A DNA stretch of 32,041 bases. Source: Nemertoderma westbladi. Lineage: Eukaryota > Animalia > Xenacoelomorpha. Both the position numbers and the translations under genes were made by a program. The stretch's first letter is position 1; the number at the start of each line of letters is the position of its first letter. The stretch is taken from the NCBI GenBank assembly GCA_032718475.1, contig JAUCBJ010004977.1:1-32041 (forward strand). The letters run 5' to 3'. The notes under the pieces are model-generated. The model was not told the origin of the DNA and did not search any database. It worked only from the letters and a program-made list of their open reading frames with translations. This document shows positions 31,696 through 32,041 of the stretch, piece by piece.

Positions 31696-32041
31696 TTAAA
31701 AAAATAAATAAAAAAAAGTATTAAGTGGCACAATTCAGCCACCGTACAATTCAGCCACCGTAGAAATAATTAATTACAGTGCGTTCACTTAATTTTAAAT
31801 TTGAGTGAATCTTTAGGCCAAAACGTCCGACTAGCTTGTGTAACCGCGCCTACTGTAACGAGACAGGGGGGGGGGGGGGGGGGGGGGGGGTACTGGTCGC
31901 AAATCCCATCTTGGGCTTATAGCTTATATATATAGATATATATATATATTGCTTATTGATTAATAGGTCGCCTCAATGTTAAATTATAGACTTTCAAAAA
32001 ATGATAGTGGGTATTTTTTATTTTGTACTTGGTTAGTTGGC

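Overview
AT-rich eukaryotic DNA, most likely from an invertebrate animal, built almost entirely from nested transposable elements plus one probable host exon. The centre is a 12.4-kb BEL/Pao LTR element (7351-19731, minus strand) with 1171-bp near-identical LTRs and a GTTTG target-site duplication (TSD). It keeps Gag and protease but has lost RT, most of RNase H and most of integrase through two in-frame deletions. It also carries an extra ~482-codon triple zinc-knuckle ORF in the env position. It has no tRNA primer-binding site; instead an 11-mer abutting the LTR is exactly complementary to an 11-mer inside the LTR, a Tf1-like self-priming geometry. Excising the element restores an open frame encoding a Cys4/PHD-like finger. 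The window also holds a Crypton tyrosine-recombinase transposon with a Gly-rich tail and palindromic/direct-repeat ends, and an RTE LINE containing an L2/CR1-like fragment and an RTEX-like LINE. Smaller items are a CRE-type endonuclease fragment, a P-element transposase relic, several MITE/fold-back elements and the last exon of a probable GPI-anchored host protein. Family assignments come from motif recognition by eye; no database searches were run.
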